A DNA stretch of 37,785 bases. It comes from Octopus bimaculoides (lineage: Eukaryota). The notes below the pieces were generated by a model. That model worked only from the letters and a program-made list of their open reading frames with translations, ran no database searches and had not been told where the DNA came from. A program made the translations under genes and the position numbers. Numbering within the stretch: position 1 is the stretch's first letter; each line of letters begins with the position of its first letter. Below are positions 19,245-30,854 of the stretch, in pieces. The stretch is from assembly GCF_001194135.2 (NCBI RefSeq), contig NC_068992.1, positions 9,152,466 to 9,190,250 on the forward strand. Reading direction: 5' to 3'.

Positions 19245-19495
19245 AAGCTACATGGTAGAGATACCAGACCAGACAACATGGTGTAGGATATTAGACTACA
19301 CGACGTACGATATTTGACTACATGGTGTAAGATACCAGACCACATGGTGTAAGATATCTGACTACATGGTGTAGGCTATCACACCACTTGGTGTAGGATA
19401 CCTACCCTCATGGTTTAAAATATCAAACCACAGGTATTGGATATCAGACCAGTTGTTGTAGGATACTAGGATATCACATGATGTAGGATAACCTA
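19245..19495. repeat. 22-nt minisatellite
   Basis: About 11 degenerate copies of gactacatggtgtaagatacca; a 12-nt x3 repeat (cattctgttata) lies just upstream at about 19100-19137. Confidence 0.8.
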
Positions 19496-19528
19496 TTGAT
19501 TGAAATAAACCATTTCTATTCCTTGCAG

Positions 19529-19634
19529 CTCCTTCTTTGCTAATTGATTCCTGTAACTGTGAAAATTGTGACCAAAAGTTTACAGAGTCTTATTTGCTGA
19601 AGAACTTTGAATGTTTTGTCTGTGATTCTTGCCG
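19529..19634 (+). CDS. XPA: XPA exon 4 (C4 zinc finger)
   Basis: Acceptor ccttgcag|, donor CG|GTGAGA. CENC-x17-CDSC; phase 1 to 2. Confidence 0.95.
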
Positions 19635-20097
19635 GTGAGATTTATTTTATTTGCTAAGAGGCTAGTCATTGATTTGGTGAGAATGACAAGAGAGCATTTA
19701 TAATTCAACGTAAACTAACTTAACATGGATGATAATTTATAAATTTTACTCTAAAAATGGATTTATCAGCTTTAACAATGAATTGATAAAAAAAGTAATA
19801 AAGCGAAAGTTGTAAATTTACTTTATACATTGTAAGTTAATGATTTCACTGTGTTTGATAAAATCTCATTTTCTTTTAATAACCATTACAAGTTTTATCA
19901 TATATCATATGATATATCGTACAGGTAAAATTTAGTTTGCTAATTATGTTACCTCACTACCCCCCGCCACTGCTATTAAAGCTTAATGTCCCTTTCAACA
20001 TGCCCAGTGTTCCTTTGGGGGCAGTACTGTCCACATTGAGAACCTTCGGTCCATATAAATACATGTTTTCGCGACAATTATGTTTATAATTATTCAG

Positions 20098-20266
20098 GGA
20101 AGAAAACAACGAAAAATACAACCTAATTACTAAAACGGATGCAAAGACGAAATATTTACTTAACGATGTTGATCTGGACAAACGAGAACCGAAGCTGAAA
20201 TTCATTGTAAGAAAGAACCCACACAACCCGAGATGGGGTGACATGAAATTATATTTAGAGTCTCAG
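20098..20266 (+). CDS. XPA: XPA exon 5 (DNA-binding domain)
   Basis: Acceptor attattcag|, donor CAG|[51 protein letters not shown]; phase 2 to 0. Confidence 0.96.
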
Positions 20267-20499
20267 GTAAGAAGCACATGATGTTATCCCTCCCCTTCCC
20301 CTATAAAAGGACCACCCCACTCCTCATCTCATTCCCCTCAGACATTTCTGTCGTTTCCATCAATTCTCAATCCATGGCTTTTAGCCTCTGTAATTGCAAT
20401 TCCTCTGCAACCTCCATAATTCCCTCACCTGCCATTTCTTACTTTCTCTCATTACAACAGCAAACGGGAGGTTCTTCTATGCTGTTAATTGATTTACTA

Positions 20500-20675
20500 G
20501 AAATAGCAGTCGTTTGTCAATCATACCAAGCCTAGTGGCTATGTGGCAAAAGAGACCGATAGAATAAGTACTAGGCATCCAAAGAATAAGTCCTGGGGTC
20601 GATTTTCTCGACTAAAGGTGGTGCTCCAGCATGGCCGCAGTCAAATTACTGAAACAAGTAAAAGAGTAAAAGAGA
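20500..20675 (+). mobile_element. SINE 3' part
   Basis: agtactaggc...aaagaataagtcctggggtcgat...gctccagcatggccgcagtcaaa is shared with 31731-31910. Confidence 0.75.
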
Positions 20676-20715
20676 GAAAAGTATATGATTTCACAATGGT
20701 TTTTGTTTCTTACAG

Positions 20716-20833
20716 GTGAAGCGTCGAGCCATTGATGTCTGGGAATCAGAAGAAAAGATTGAAGCAGCCAAAGAAGCTAAAACAGAGAAAAGAGTAAACA
20801 TGAAGAAGAAAAAGTTTAACAAGAAAATGAAAG
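20716..20833 (+). CDS. XPA: XPA exon 6 (long helix)
   Basis: Acceptor tttcttacag|, donor G|GTTGTA. VKRRAIDVWESEEKIE...KKKKFNKKMK; phase 0 to 1. Confidence 0.93.
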
Positions 20834-20884
20834 GTTGTACTTCATTGTACTTCGTTTGCCATCTTGGTTTTGATTTGTCTTTAG

Positions 20885-21307
20885 ATGTAGGTGTAGATGT
20901 GAGCTTAGAAGTTTGCTTCCCCACCATGCGCGGGCAAGTATCTCCTGCTATAGCCCTGGGCTGACCAAAGCCTTGTCAGTGGATTTCGTCGATGGAAACT
21001 GGAGGAAGCCCATCGTATATGAATATATGTAAATGTGTGTGTGTGTGTGTGGTTGCGTCTCCTTGTCTTGACATCATGTGATAATTGTAAATGAGTGTCT
21101 CTGTCAAAGAAGCAGTGTGTCATTCATTCCTAGTATTCTGCAAAAACATGTCTGGCTGTGGGTAAATTTTACCTTACTTGGAAACAGGTAAGTGTTGGCG
21201 ACAGGAAGGGCATCCAGCCAGAGAAAATCCACCTCTGTAAAAACCCTGTCTGACCCATGCAAGGATGGAGAGGTGGCTATCAAAATGATGGCGATGGTAA
21301 TGATGAT
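20885..21307 (+). mobile_element. Compound SINE: family B head/core, (TG)n, family A-type core, (GAT)n-like tail
   Basis: gggcaagtatctcctgctatagccctgggctgaccaaagcc; (TG)n at about 21034-21050; ggcgacaggaagggcatccagc at about 21197-21219; gatg-rich tail. Confidence 0.7.
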
Positions 21308-21394
21308 TTCTTATAAGAAATCTGATATAATAAGGATAGCCAGGACGATTAGATATTGAGTTTCTTATTATTTCCATTTACCTATTCCATTTTC

Positions 21395-21492
21395 AAAGCT
21401 TTGGCTGGTCTGGAGCTATAGGCGCTACACAGTGGGACTGAACTTAAAACCATGTAGCTGCGAAGTGAATTTCTTAACCCCTAGTCACGCCC
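21395..21492 (-). mobile_element. Degraded family B SINE fragment
   Basis: cacagtgggactgaacttaaaaccatgtag is the reverse complement of the family B head. Confidence 0.6.
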
Positions 21493-21576
21493 ATTGAGTA
21501 ATGCTGTCAATGACTTGACAAGCATCCTGCTTATTGTAAGTTATTGACATGGTGTTTTAAAATTTATTGTTTACAG

Positions 21577-21728
21577 AACTGAGAATGTCAGTGCGGAGCA
21601 ATTTGTGGCAGAAACAGACTTCAACACATCAACATAGTTATGGCGAAGAGAGTTACGATGAAGAAGAAGACATGTATTCAAAGACTTGCACAACTTGTGG
21701 AAATGTGATGACATATGAGAAGATGTAA
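21577..21728 (+). CDS. XPA: XPA last exon (TFIIH-interacting C-terminus)
   Basis: Acceptor ttgtttacag|. ELRMSVRSNLW...HQHSYG...DMYSKTCTTCGNVMTYEKM-stop matches the XPA C-terminus; TAA ends at 21728. Confidence 0.96.
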
Positions 21729-22465
21729 CGAGGGCACTTGTGTATCAGGGTCCAGAGATATAGCTGGGTCCATTACTGTCACTGAAGCATTAATGGATCT
21801 AGACCTGTAACAAAGTCAAGGGGTCAAAGTTGAGATGAAAAGCAAGTGAATGAAAGAACTGTGTCAGTGATACACTGATACAAATAATGTTATAGTATTC
21901 ACTACTTAACCCATTACCTCCCATAATTCTATTAACTGGAATTTTTTTTATGAAACTTTGATTTCTAGCATAAAACAGCTTTAGAAACACGCTGGAATGA
22001 TCAAAATAACATTTCAAAGTAACATTTCAAAATAACATTTTAAATAGAAATAAGCGAGATATTGGGTGAAAAATTAGCAAACCTCATTTGAATATCAGAA
22101 ATATACCTAATAGATATAGCAAAAAGGTTAGATATGTGTAAATATTGACAGATAATTACGAAATTTGTAATTTTTAAGTGATCTCATACGAGATCACTGG
22201 TAGGTAATGGGTTAAGCAGTCTAGTGACATGATAAAGATAATGGTATAAAGCATGTACTGGTGTAACCCCTTGATATGAAAAGTTTAATTAAATCTGGTG
22301 TAACTGGATTAACGGTGTAATTAGACCAATGATGAGATGACATTAGAAATATATCTTCCATCAATTCTCATTTATTTGGTTATGAAAAATTGTTTTTCTT
22401 CTTTCTTTGTTTTTGCACTTTGTAAGGCTGGGTGGGATTTTTATATCTTGGAGACGTGATTCTTA

Positions 22466-22471
22466 AATAAA
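22466..22471 (+). other. Candidate XPA polyadenylation signal AATAAA
   Basis: AATAAA followed by a T-rich tract about 740 nt after the stop; no transcript evidence. Confidence 0.25.
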
Positions 22472-22544
22472 GTTATTTTTTTAGAATACTTTACCATTTG
22501 TGCAACTTCAAAATGTTACTGTTAATATTTCGATACGACAATAT

Positions 22545-22760
22545 TAGGTGGTAAGCTTGTTGAATTGTTAATATGCGAGACAAAACGCTTCACAGCATTT
22601 CTTTGGCTTTATATTCTGAGTTCAAATGCTGCTGAGATCAGCTTTGCCTTTCATCCTTTTGGGGGCCAATAAAATAAATATCAACTGAGCACTGGGGCTG
22701 GATGTAATCAACTAGCTCCCTCCCCTAAAATTTCAGGCCTTGTGCCTCTAGTAGAAAAGT
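22545..22760 (+). mobile_element. Degraded family C SINE
   Basis: ttctgagttcaaatgctgctgagatcagctttgcctttcatccttttggggg matches 14321-14548. Confidence 0.7.
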
Positions 22761-24297
22761 AGAAAGGGATTTCAATACAACATTATTTTTCATAACATCT
22801 CGTGGTCAAATTAGCTGTTTTTCCAAAGTTTCTTCTCTCATTTTAATCGTATTCATTTCAACTCTGCAAGATAACGAAACACTTGTCAAATTCATAGTTG
22901 TGAAGCTTCCACTGCCTACCAATAACAAACCCTATTTTATCTTGAGACCTTGTTTTAGGGGGTGGTGGAAGAAAAAAACCCTCACCATTCAGAAAGTTAG
23001 TCATATCTTAGCTGCAAATACATTTTGCAACTCTAAAACCTGATCTCTTTCTTTTGTCATTTGTATCTACATGTTAGCTAGATTTTTCTCTTTCGTTTTT
23101 CCATCTTACTTATTGCCAGCTGGGGTCACTCAGAGATTCAGTGTTGCTAGAAGACAAACCTTTTTAACAGTGCTACTTTGGGAACCTTCAAAATATCCAA
23201 AATCCTCTGTAATCAAATAAAATATTAAACTTATAGGAGAAGGTATTGCTGTTGTTGTTGCTCAGCCTTGCTCCAGCATCTGGTTCCATCTTTGGCAATC
23301 TGTCTTTTTTTAGATCCAATGACTCTTCCTTTTTTTTTAAGATAGTAGGATGGGGTTTGAATCAGGAAATTTGACTGCTGTTTCTAGCAGGATGAGTTAC
23401 TACATAGAGGCTCTCTCTCTCTCTCATTATCTCAGCGTTGTAGTTGATGGATGTGTTATTTCAATTATTTTCTGAATCAGATCAAGTTTATCAAGGCTAT
23501 TTCCACAAATAATTTTGCTTAATCTGTTGTAAGTCAATGATTTCAAGAAGAGAGAGAGAGAGGGAGAGAATTCCGGAGGGTTGGTGTTATAAGGAAAAAG
23601 GACAGAATGAAGTAATTAGTGCAGTGACCTTGGAGTTAGATACAGTTTAGGTAATGGGAGGAGAAGAGAGGGGTGAATTAGGTGTACTTAATAATATCTA
23701 ATTTGTGTAAGTCAGGAGTTGATCCTATCCATTAGACTACTATTCAGGTAATATAGCTTGTAGATTAAAGGGACACCAGAATGGATGCAACGTATCAAGT
23801 GTCAGAAATTATTATGTACCACAAGGAACATCAGGCCAAGAAACTCAGCCCTTCGCATTGCGGTAAGTCGCCATTTAAAGTGTCGACAGTCTTTGTCCTG
23901 TATCGTTAACGAAGATGTGCAAGGGAGATAACTCGCTACTTCTAAAGAATCCTAAAACGTTAGAACATCACACCAAACATATACCGTTTTAAGCGAGTGA
24001 CTTTATGCTAGTTGAGTGTCCTTTCTCTGGACACTATCTGGAATGTTTGCTTTACTGTTTTAAATGTGAGTTTTACCTGGTCTTTTTGGGGGACCATAAT
24101 GTGTGGGAAGGGCCAGATTAGTCACGCCAGGATCTATTTAAAAAAAAACAACACTCATAAATTAGAAAACCTGAAATACATTTAAATATCATAAAACATC
24201 ATTGTGGGGTGAACTAAGAATGTCAAGAATGAAACACGTTTTTTCTTTACTATTGATGTACAGCATAATAGCTTAGGAAGAATGTGTTTACCATTTT

Positions 24298-24812
24298 TTT
24301 CTCCAGCATGCAAGTTGATGTCGTACATAATGTAAATATTCAGACATCGTTACCAATCTTTCCAAATTCTTTTACATGGAATGTTTGCTTCTCCAAAACC
24401 ATCTTGGTACATCAGTCAACCTACCTTTTTTTAATTGTAAATTTTAGTCTGAAAAATTTGACTTGTGTGCTAGAAAATATGGTATGTTTTTTTTTTTTTA
24501 TCCACTGTGAAGTTTTGTTGTGTATAAATTTACGTCAGATGGCTGACTACACAGGATATTTTTTTTATTTGAAAAAATTCAGGTTTTTGGTTTTTCTCAC
24601 TGTTGTTTACACTTTTCATATCTTTCTTAAGCAACGTCTCAGTAATACTATTTCTTCCAGCATACAGATGGAAATTCATAGCAAAAAATAGGTAGGTTGA
24701 CTTACCAGAATGACTTTGGAGGATCCAAAATTCCACATGAAATGCAACGGGATTTGGGAAGCTAGTGACAATGTTTGAATGTTTATACAATGTCATCTTG
24801 TATACTGGAAAA
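24298..24812. repeat. Degraded long inverted repeat (foldback)
   Basis: Arms about 24298-24445 and 24670-24812, roughly 70-75% identical by hand alignment, with a perfect 13-mer at 24414-24426 / 24690-24702. Confidence 0.7.
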
Positions 24813-24967
24813 CACAGGATCAGTTAAATCACTTTTCTAGACATACTTGGATTAATTTGTAACATATTGTTGTCATATTTTCTAACAATACATTATATGC
24901 AATAAAGTATTTATATAAAATTTCCTAAAACTTTGTGGTTAAATTTTCTAGATATTCATTAGTTATA

Positions 24968-25085
24968 TAGCATGGCTGTGTGGTAAGAAGTTTGCTTTCC
25001 AATCACATGGTTCTAGGTTCATTCCTTCTGTGTGGCATCTAGGGCAAGTGTCTTATACTATAGCCTTGGGCAACCCAAAACCTCG
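24968..25085 (+). mobile_element. Family B (CORE-type) SINE, 5' part
   Basis: catggctgtgtggtaagaagtttgc...gtggcatctagggcaagtgtc matches 36896-37010. Confidence 0.8.
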
Positions 25086-25086
25086 T

Positions 25087-25596
25087 TAATGGCAAGGGAA
25101 GTACAACAGGTCGATTGAACAATTTTTCTAGATTTCTACAGGCACCATTTACTTGAGCTGTGTTGCTTGCTGTCGTATCACAGCAAAGTGCCTGAATTTT
25201 GTTGGTTATACTCCACTTTTCCACTGTTTGGTAAACAGCCATGGCTTGCTATTCTTATGATGTTAGAATTTTAGGGACACCCAACAATAGCTCCTTGCCT
25301 TGAAAACTTACTATTATTACCATTCTATCAACCTTTTCAATGCCTGTGAGTACTGGGAGCAGCTTTCCCTCTCAATGCAACACTAATTCTTGACAGTCGT
25401 TTAGGTTGAATTTGTGCTGTGTTTCTGTGTGTCTTGTTTCTCTAAATTGTTTTCTAAGGCATTGAAAAGAAATGTGATTTATTACCAGGTTTTCAATATC
25501 ACGCCCAAAAGCCTTTGCAGCAGCCATTAATATTTAAACCCCATTTTTGACAGTGATTTTGCACCTATCAAAAACTTCAGAGAAACGGGGAGTAAA
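25087..25596 (-). pseudogene. Decayed DDE DNA-transposase (hAT-related) fragment
   Basis: One continuous frame with four stops: LVLH*EGKLLP...VDRMVIIVSFQG...LLGVPKI...AVYQTVEKWSI..KIQALCCDTTASNTAQVNGAC..LEKLFNR. Confidence 0.8.
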
Positions 25597-26124
25597 AAAC
25601 TGCAATGTACCTACCTTGAGTGTGGCAGCAGGATTCATTCAGTTCCTTACCAAACCTCTAGAATGAGCCAGAAGTGATTGTCAAAGAATAGATTTAGCTT
25701 TTATTTCTAGCAGAATTCATGACAACATAGAGGCACTTTCACTGGCTCACTGGAATTATTATTATTGAGGTTATTGTTATTGTAGTTGTTAAGGCATTGT
25801 AAACAGAGAATTAGCTGAATGTAATAGAAAGTAGGACTAAATAACTTATAGTTTATCAATAAAATCAATATCTGGCATATAACTAGTATTGATTCAATCG
25901 ATTATATCTTTTCACTACAAGTTTGTGACCTTGTTTTAAAGGAAGAAATCATTATTAGAGCAGTAGAATGGATTAAGCAATAGAAACATAAAATGACTAA
26001 TGCTATTGCAAAACGTATGAAGGCCACAACATCCCTGCTGGCATGTATAATGTTATCCTACATGTTTATAATGTGTTTTCCTGTAACATGTTTAACAAGT
26101 ATATCTCTGGAATGAAAATAAAGA

Positions 26125-26590
26125 TATAAGTGAAATTTTAACGTAATGAAACAAAATGGAAATGTTAGTTAAATTATTAAAATCTTAACTATGGAACAAA
26201 ATTTAAGACATAATCAAAATTTTAACTTACAACAAGTTCAAGTGATATGTTTTGAAACACCTTAACTATTGAAAGAAATTTAAAATATAATCGAAATTTT
26301 AATGTAAAGAAACAAGTTGAAGTGTTACACTCTTAAAAGCTTTCATGATGCAGCGAAATTTAAGACATAATACAAATCTTAACGTAATAAAACAAGTCTA
26401 AGCGTTATGATCTTAAAATCTTCAATTATGGAACAAAATTTAAGACATAATTGAAATTCTAACATAATGAAACAAGCTCATAATCAATATGTTTAATACA
26501 ATTAAATAAGGTCAGGTGTTACACTCTTACAAACCTAAACTATGGAGCAAAATTTAAGATGTAATCATAATCTTAACATGAAGAAACAAT
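26125..26590. repeat. AT-rich minisatellite, about 80-nt unit
   Basis: Anchor atttaa(g/a)a(c/t)ataat at 26201, 26278, 26358, 26438 and 26552. Confidence 0.8.
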
Positions 26591-26789
26591 GTTATGAAGA
26601 TGCATAAATTTATACATCAAAATCGGAAATAGGAATATTTATAAAAATAAGAATTTCCAGAACTTCCAGAAGCTATAATCATATATTTAAATCCATGCAT
26701 TTATTTACAACCAACAATAAAAACTCAGGAATTTCTGCAACTAAATTCCCTCACAAGGTAATAGTCAACTTGGAACTTTAGTAGAAGAT

Positions 26790-26872
26790 ACATGCTCAAG
26801 TTGCTCTTCAGCAGATTGAACTTAAAACCATGTGTTTGCAAAGTGACTTCTTAAGCGCACAGCCATGCCTCT
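26790..26872 (-). mobile_element. Degraded family B SINE head
   Basis: gaacttaaaaccatgtgtttgc...gcacagccatgcct. Confidence 0.55.
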
Positions 26873-27139
26873 GCTATTAGATTAGTTGTGAATTCTATCC
26901 ATCCATTTTCTCCACCTACTGGAAGGTGTCGTGTGGACATGGTCTTTAGGTACCTTCTCCATACGGTCCAATCAGAAGATTACAAATGCAGATAGATTTA
27001 TAATCATGACCAACTGAGACTATGGATTTTATTGTGCCATCTCATTCTTGGCCTACCCTTGCGTCACCTGCCAGTTGGCTCAGCTTCACGATTCCATCTT
27101 GGAATTCTTCCTTGTAACATTCTCGTCGCATATTCATAG

Positions 27140-27143
27140 TAGC

Positions 27144-27175
<32 letters not shown>

Positions 27176-27245
27176 TCACATCTGAATATATGTGTATGTA
27201 CATGTATGTATATATATATATGTGTGTGTGTGGGAATATATATGC

Positions 27246-27294
<49 letters not shown>

Positions 27295-27365
27295 CATATA
27301 TATATTTGTATACACATACACATAACATATATATACTCACACATACACACACACACGCACATACA
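27140..27365. repeat. Mixed (AT)n/(AC)n microsatellite block
   Basis: Direct reading. Confidence 0.9.
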
Positions 27366-27854
27366 TTAAAACTGTTCAATGCATTTAACATGAACAATTT
27401 TCCTTTCTTTGCTCTGCCATTCATCTAATTAGGAAAACAGCAACGAAACAACCTGAAAATGACTTCCATATAAGTTTTTACTGTTTGACAGTAATTTTCA
27501 TGTATTAAAAGCTTCCTACATAGATGTTTATTATGTCTATGTATGTTTTAAACATGCAAAATCAACTGCTGCTCAGTTTGACAAATTCTAAATTACGATA
27601 TAAGCTATTTACTTGTCATGTACCCTCAGAAGAGGAGCAGCTATTTTGGCAATGAATTTAACAAGTCAGAATTTTTGTAGAAAGAAATCACAAATTCTTT
27701 TGCTTCTTATATGTTTATATGGAGTACACAGACACAAATACAGGCAGAAACATACATTTGACATATATGCTCTGACAAATAGACAACGCACACAAACACA
27801 CGCATGCATGCACCCACCCCCACATTCTTATATACGCCCGTACTTATAGACACA

Positions 27855-27907
27855 CTGACACATATACATATACATATGTATGTGTATGTGTGTGTATACA
27901 TACATAC

Positions 27908-27960
<53 letters not shown>

Positions 27961-28923
27961 NNNNNNNNNNNNNNNNNNNNNNNNNNNNNNNNNNNNNNNN
28001 NNNNNNNNNNNNNNNNNNNNNNNNNNNNNNNNNNNNNNNNNNNNNNNNNNNNNNNNNNNNNNNNNNNNNNNNNNNNNNNNNNNNNNNNNNNNNNNNNNNN
28101 NNNNNNNNNNNNNNNNNNNNNNNNNNNNNNNNNNNNNNNNNNNNNNNNNNNNNNNNNNNNNNNNNNNNNNNNNNNNNNNNNNNNNNNNNNNNNNNNNNNN
28201 NNNNNNNNNNNNNNNNNNNNNNNNNNNNNNNNNNNNNNNNNNNNNNNNNNNNNNNNNNNNNNNNNNNNNNNNNNNNNNNNNNNNNNNNNNNNNNNNNNNN
28301 NNNNNNNNNNNNNNNNNNNNNNNNNNNNNNNNNNNNNNNNNNNNNNNNNNNNNNNNNNNNNNNNNNNNNNNNNNNNNNNNNNNNNNNNNNNNNNNNNNNN
28401 NNNNNNNNNNNNNNNNNNNNNNNNNNNNNNNNNNNNNNNNNNNNNNNNNNNNNNNNNNNNNNNNNNNNNNNNNNNNNNNNNNNNNNNNNNNNNNNNNNNN
28501 NNNNNNNNNNNNNNNNNNNNNNNNNNNNNNNNNNNNNNNNNNNNNNNNNNNNNNNNNNNNNNNNNNNNNNNNNNNNNNNNNNNNNNNNNNNNNNNNNNNN
28601 NNNNNNNNNNNNNNNNNNNNNNNNNNNNNNNNNNNNNNNNNNNNNNNNNNNNNNNNNNNNNNNNNNNNNNNNNNNNNNNNNNNNNNNNNNNNNNNNNNNN
28701 NNNNNNNNNNNNNNNNNNNNNNNNNNNNNNNNNNNNNNNNNNNNNNNNNNNNNNNNNNNNNNNNNNNNNNNNNNNNNNNNNNNNNNNNNNNNNNNNNNNN
28801 NNNNNNNNNNNNNNNNNNNNNNNNNNNNNNNNNNNNNNNNNNNNNNNNNNNNNNNNNNNNNNNNNNNNNNNNNNNNNNNNNNNNNNNNNNNNNNNNNNNN
28901 NNNNNNNNNNNNNNNNNNNNNNN

Positions 28924-28958
<35 letters not shown>

Positions 28959-29194
28959 TACATACACATACACTCATAAATATTTATATATATATATATA
29001 TACACATATGCATGTCTCTTCTGTATGTGTATATATATATATATATGCTTATATATATACTTATATATATGTATATAACAATTTATTATATATACTTATA
29101 CATACATACATACATACATACATACACACATACACACACTAACACATATTTTACAAAAAAAAAAAATTATTTTTCCTGTCTTACTTTGATTTAC

Positions 29195-29244
<50 letters not shown>

Positions 29245-29260
29245 CTATTACTTATACTAT
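27855..29260. repeat. (AT)n/(AC)n/(ATT)n block spanning an assembly gap
   Basis: (AT)n on both sides of the gap 27961-28923; (ATT)n about 29190-29260. Confidence 0.9.
27961..28923. other. Assembly gap
   Basis: N run. Confidence 1.
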
Positions 29261-29542
29261 TTAAGGTTTAAAACTATAAACGAAAATAAATAAATGAATT
29301 TCAAGTTAAAAAACAAACCATTTCCAATTTTCTAAATGCAGACAGACCAAACACTTTAATCTTGCTTGCAGTAAATTTAAGCTACGGCAGCTGTTTTGTA
29401 ACTTCAGGTAAACTAGAAAATAAATACGCGGAGAAGAATAATGGCGGAAGAAAGAAAGAAAGAAAGGAAGAAAACAGATTGTACGCCGAAAAAGAACTAC
29501 ACTTTCATTTTAGTACCTTTATCGATATTGCTGTAGTTGTGG

Positions 29543-29720
<178 letters not shown>

Positions 29721-30349
29721 TTTATTATTCTTATTATTTAAAAAAAATATTATCGTCATCATTTTCGTCGTCATCGTTGATGCTGGGTTGTGTGGCTGTC
29801 GTTGTTATTATAATTATTACTGTTGCTGTTTTGCTTGTGTGTGTACGTACACACACACACACACACACCATATAATCTATTTCTTTTCCTATAATTTTAT
29901 GATCTCCTTTTATTCTTTTGGGGGAAATTCTATTCCATTTCTTTTACCTTTCTTTCCGCAAAAGTTCATTTATTCATTACTTTCTTTTTTTTTTTCCCTT
30001 TTATTTTTACTTTCTTTCAAAGACTTTTCTTCGTTCTTCATCTTTAGTGGATCTACATAAATATTTAAATAGAAATACGGTATATCTATCTTACCACCCA
30101 CCCCAATCACCGCCACCACCACCACCAACACCACCACCGCCTACATCATTCAACAAACCTAAAGAAATGATTTCATCGGTTGGTTTATCAGCAGAAAACC
30201 ATAACCGTAAAGGCATTCAGTTGAGCATGAAGAGAAAGCCAGAGAGCTGGAAAGAATCGGTTCCGACAGGCAACTTAGCCGTCTATCATAGGATTATTGA
30301 CTGAATATTGCTGATGTTCCTGTTGCTTTTCTTCTCGCTTGTCAATGCT

Positions 30350-30356
30350 ACGCACG

Positions 30357-30420
<64 letters not shown>

Positions 30421-30854
30421 TATACACATTTACACAAATAGACACACACACACACACACATATACATAAATACATACATTCATGAACATATACACACATA
30501 CGTATATATTTATGTATGTATATGTATATATATATATGTAGATAAATATATGTATATGTATATATATACATATACATATACATATATATGTATATATGTA
30601 TATATGTATATATATAAAGATATTTATATACACATATATATGTATGCAAATATGCATATACATACATATACATAAAAATACACATACAAATACATATAAA
30701 TACACGTATATGATATATAAATAAATATAATATATATGTGTCTATATATATGTATTATGTATGCATTTATGTTTGCATATATGTGTATGTACATACGAGT
30801 GTTTAAAGAGAATTGCACAGAAATACACACTATACATACATTTATGTATGTATG
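30350..30854. repeat. (AC)n and degenerate (AT)n block
   Basis: Direct reading. Confidence 0.9.

Noticed and set aside
19245-19495. CRISPR-like array (also the 65-nt modules at 4309-4573 and the 80-nt repeat at 26125)
   Set aside because: Units are contiguous and degenerate with no unique spacers, no cas genes, and the DNA is eukaryotic.
30060-30345. Pro-rich ORF and minus-strand donor near the (CCA)n tract
   Set aside because: Low-complexity sequence between microsatellites with no homology or partner exons.
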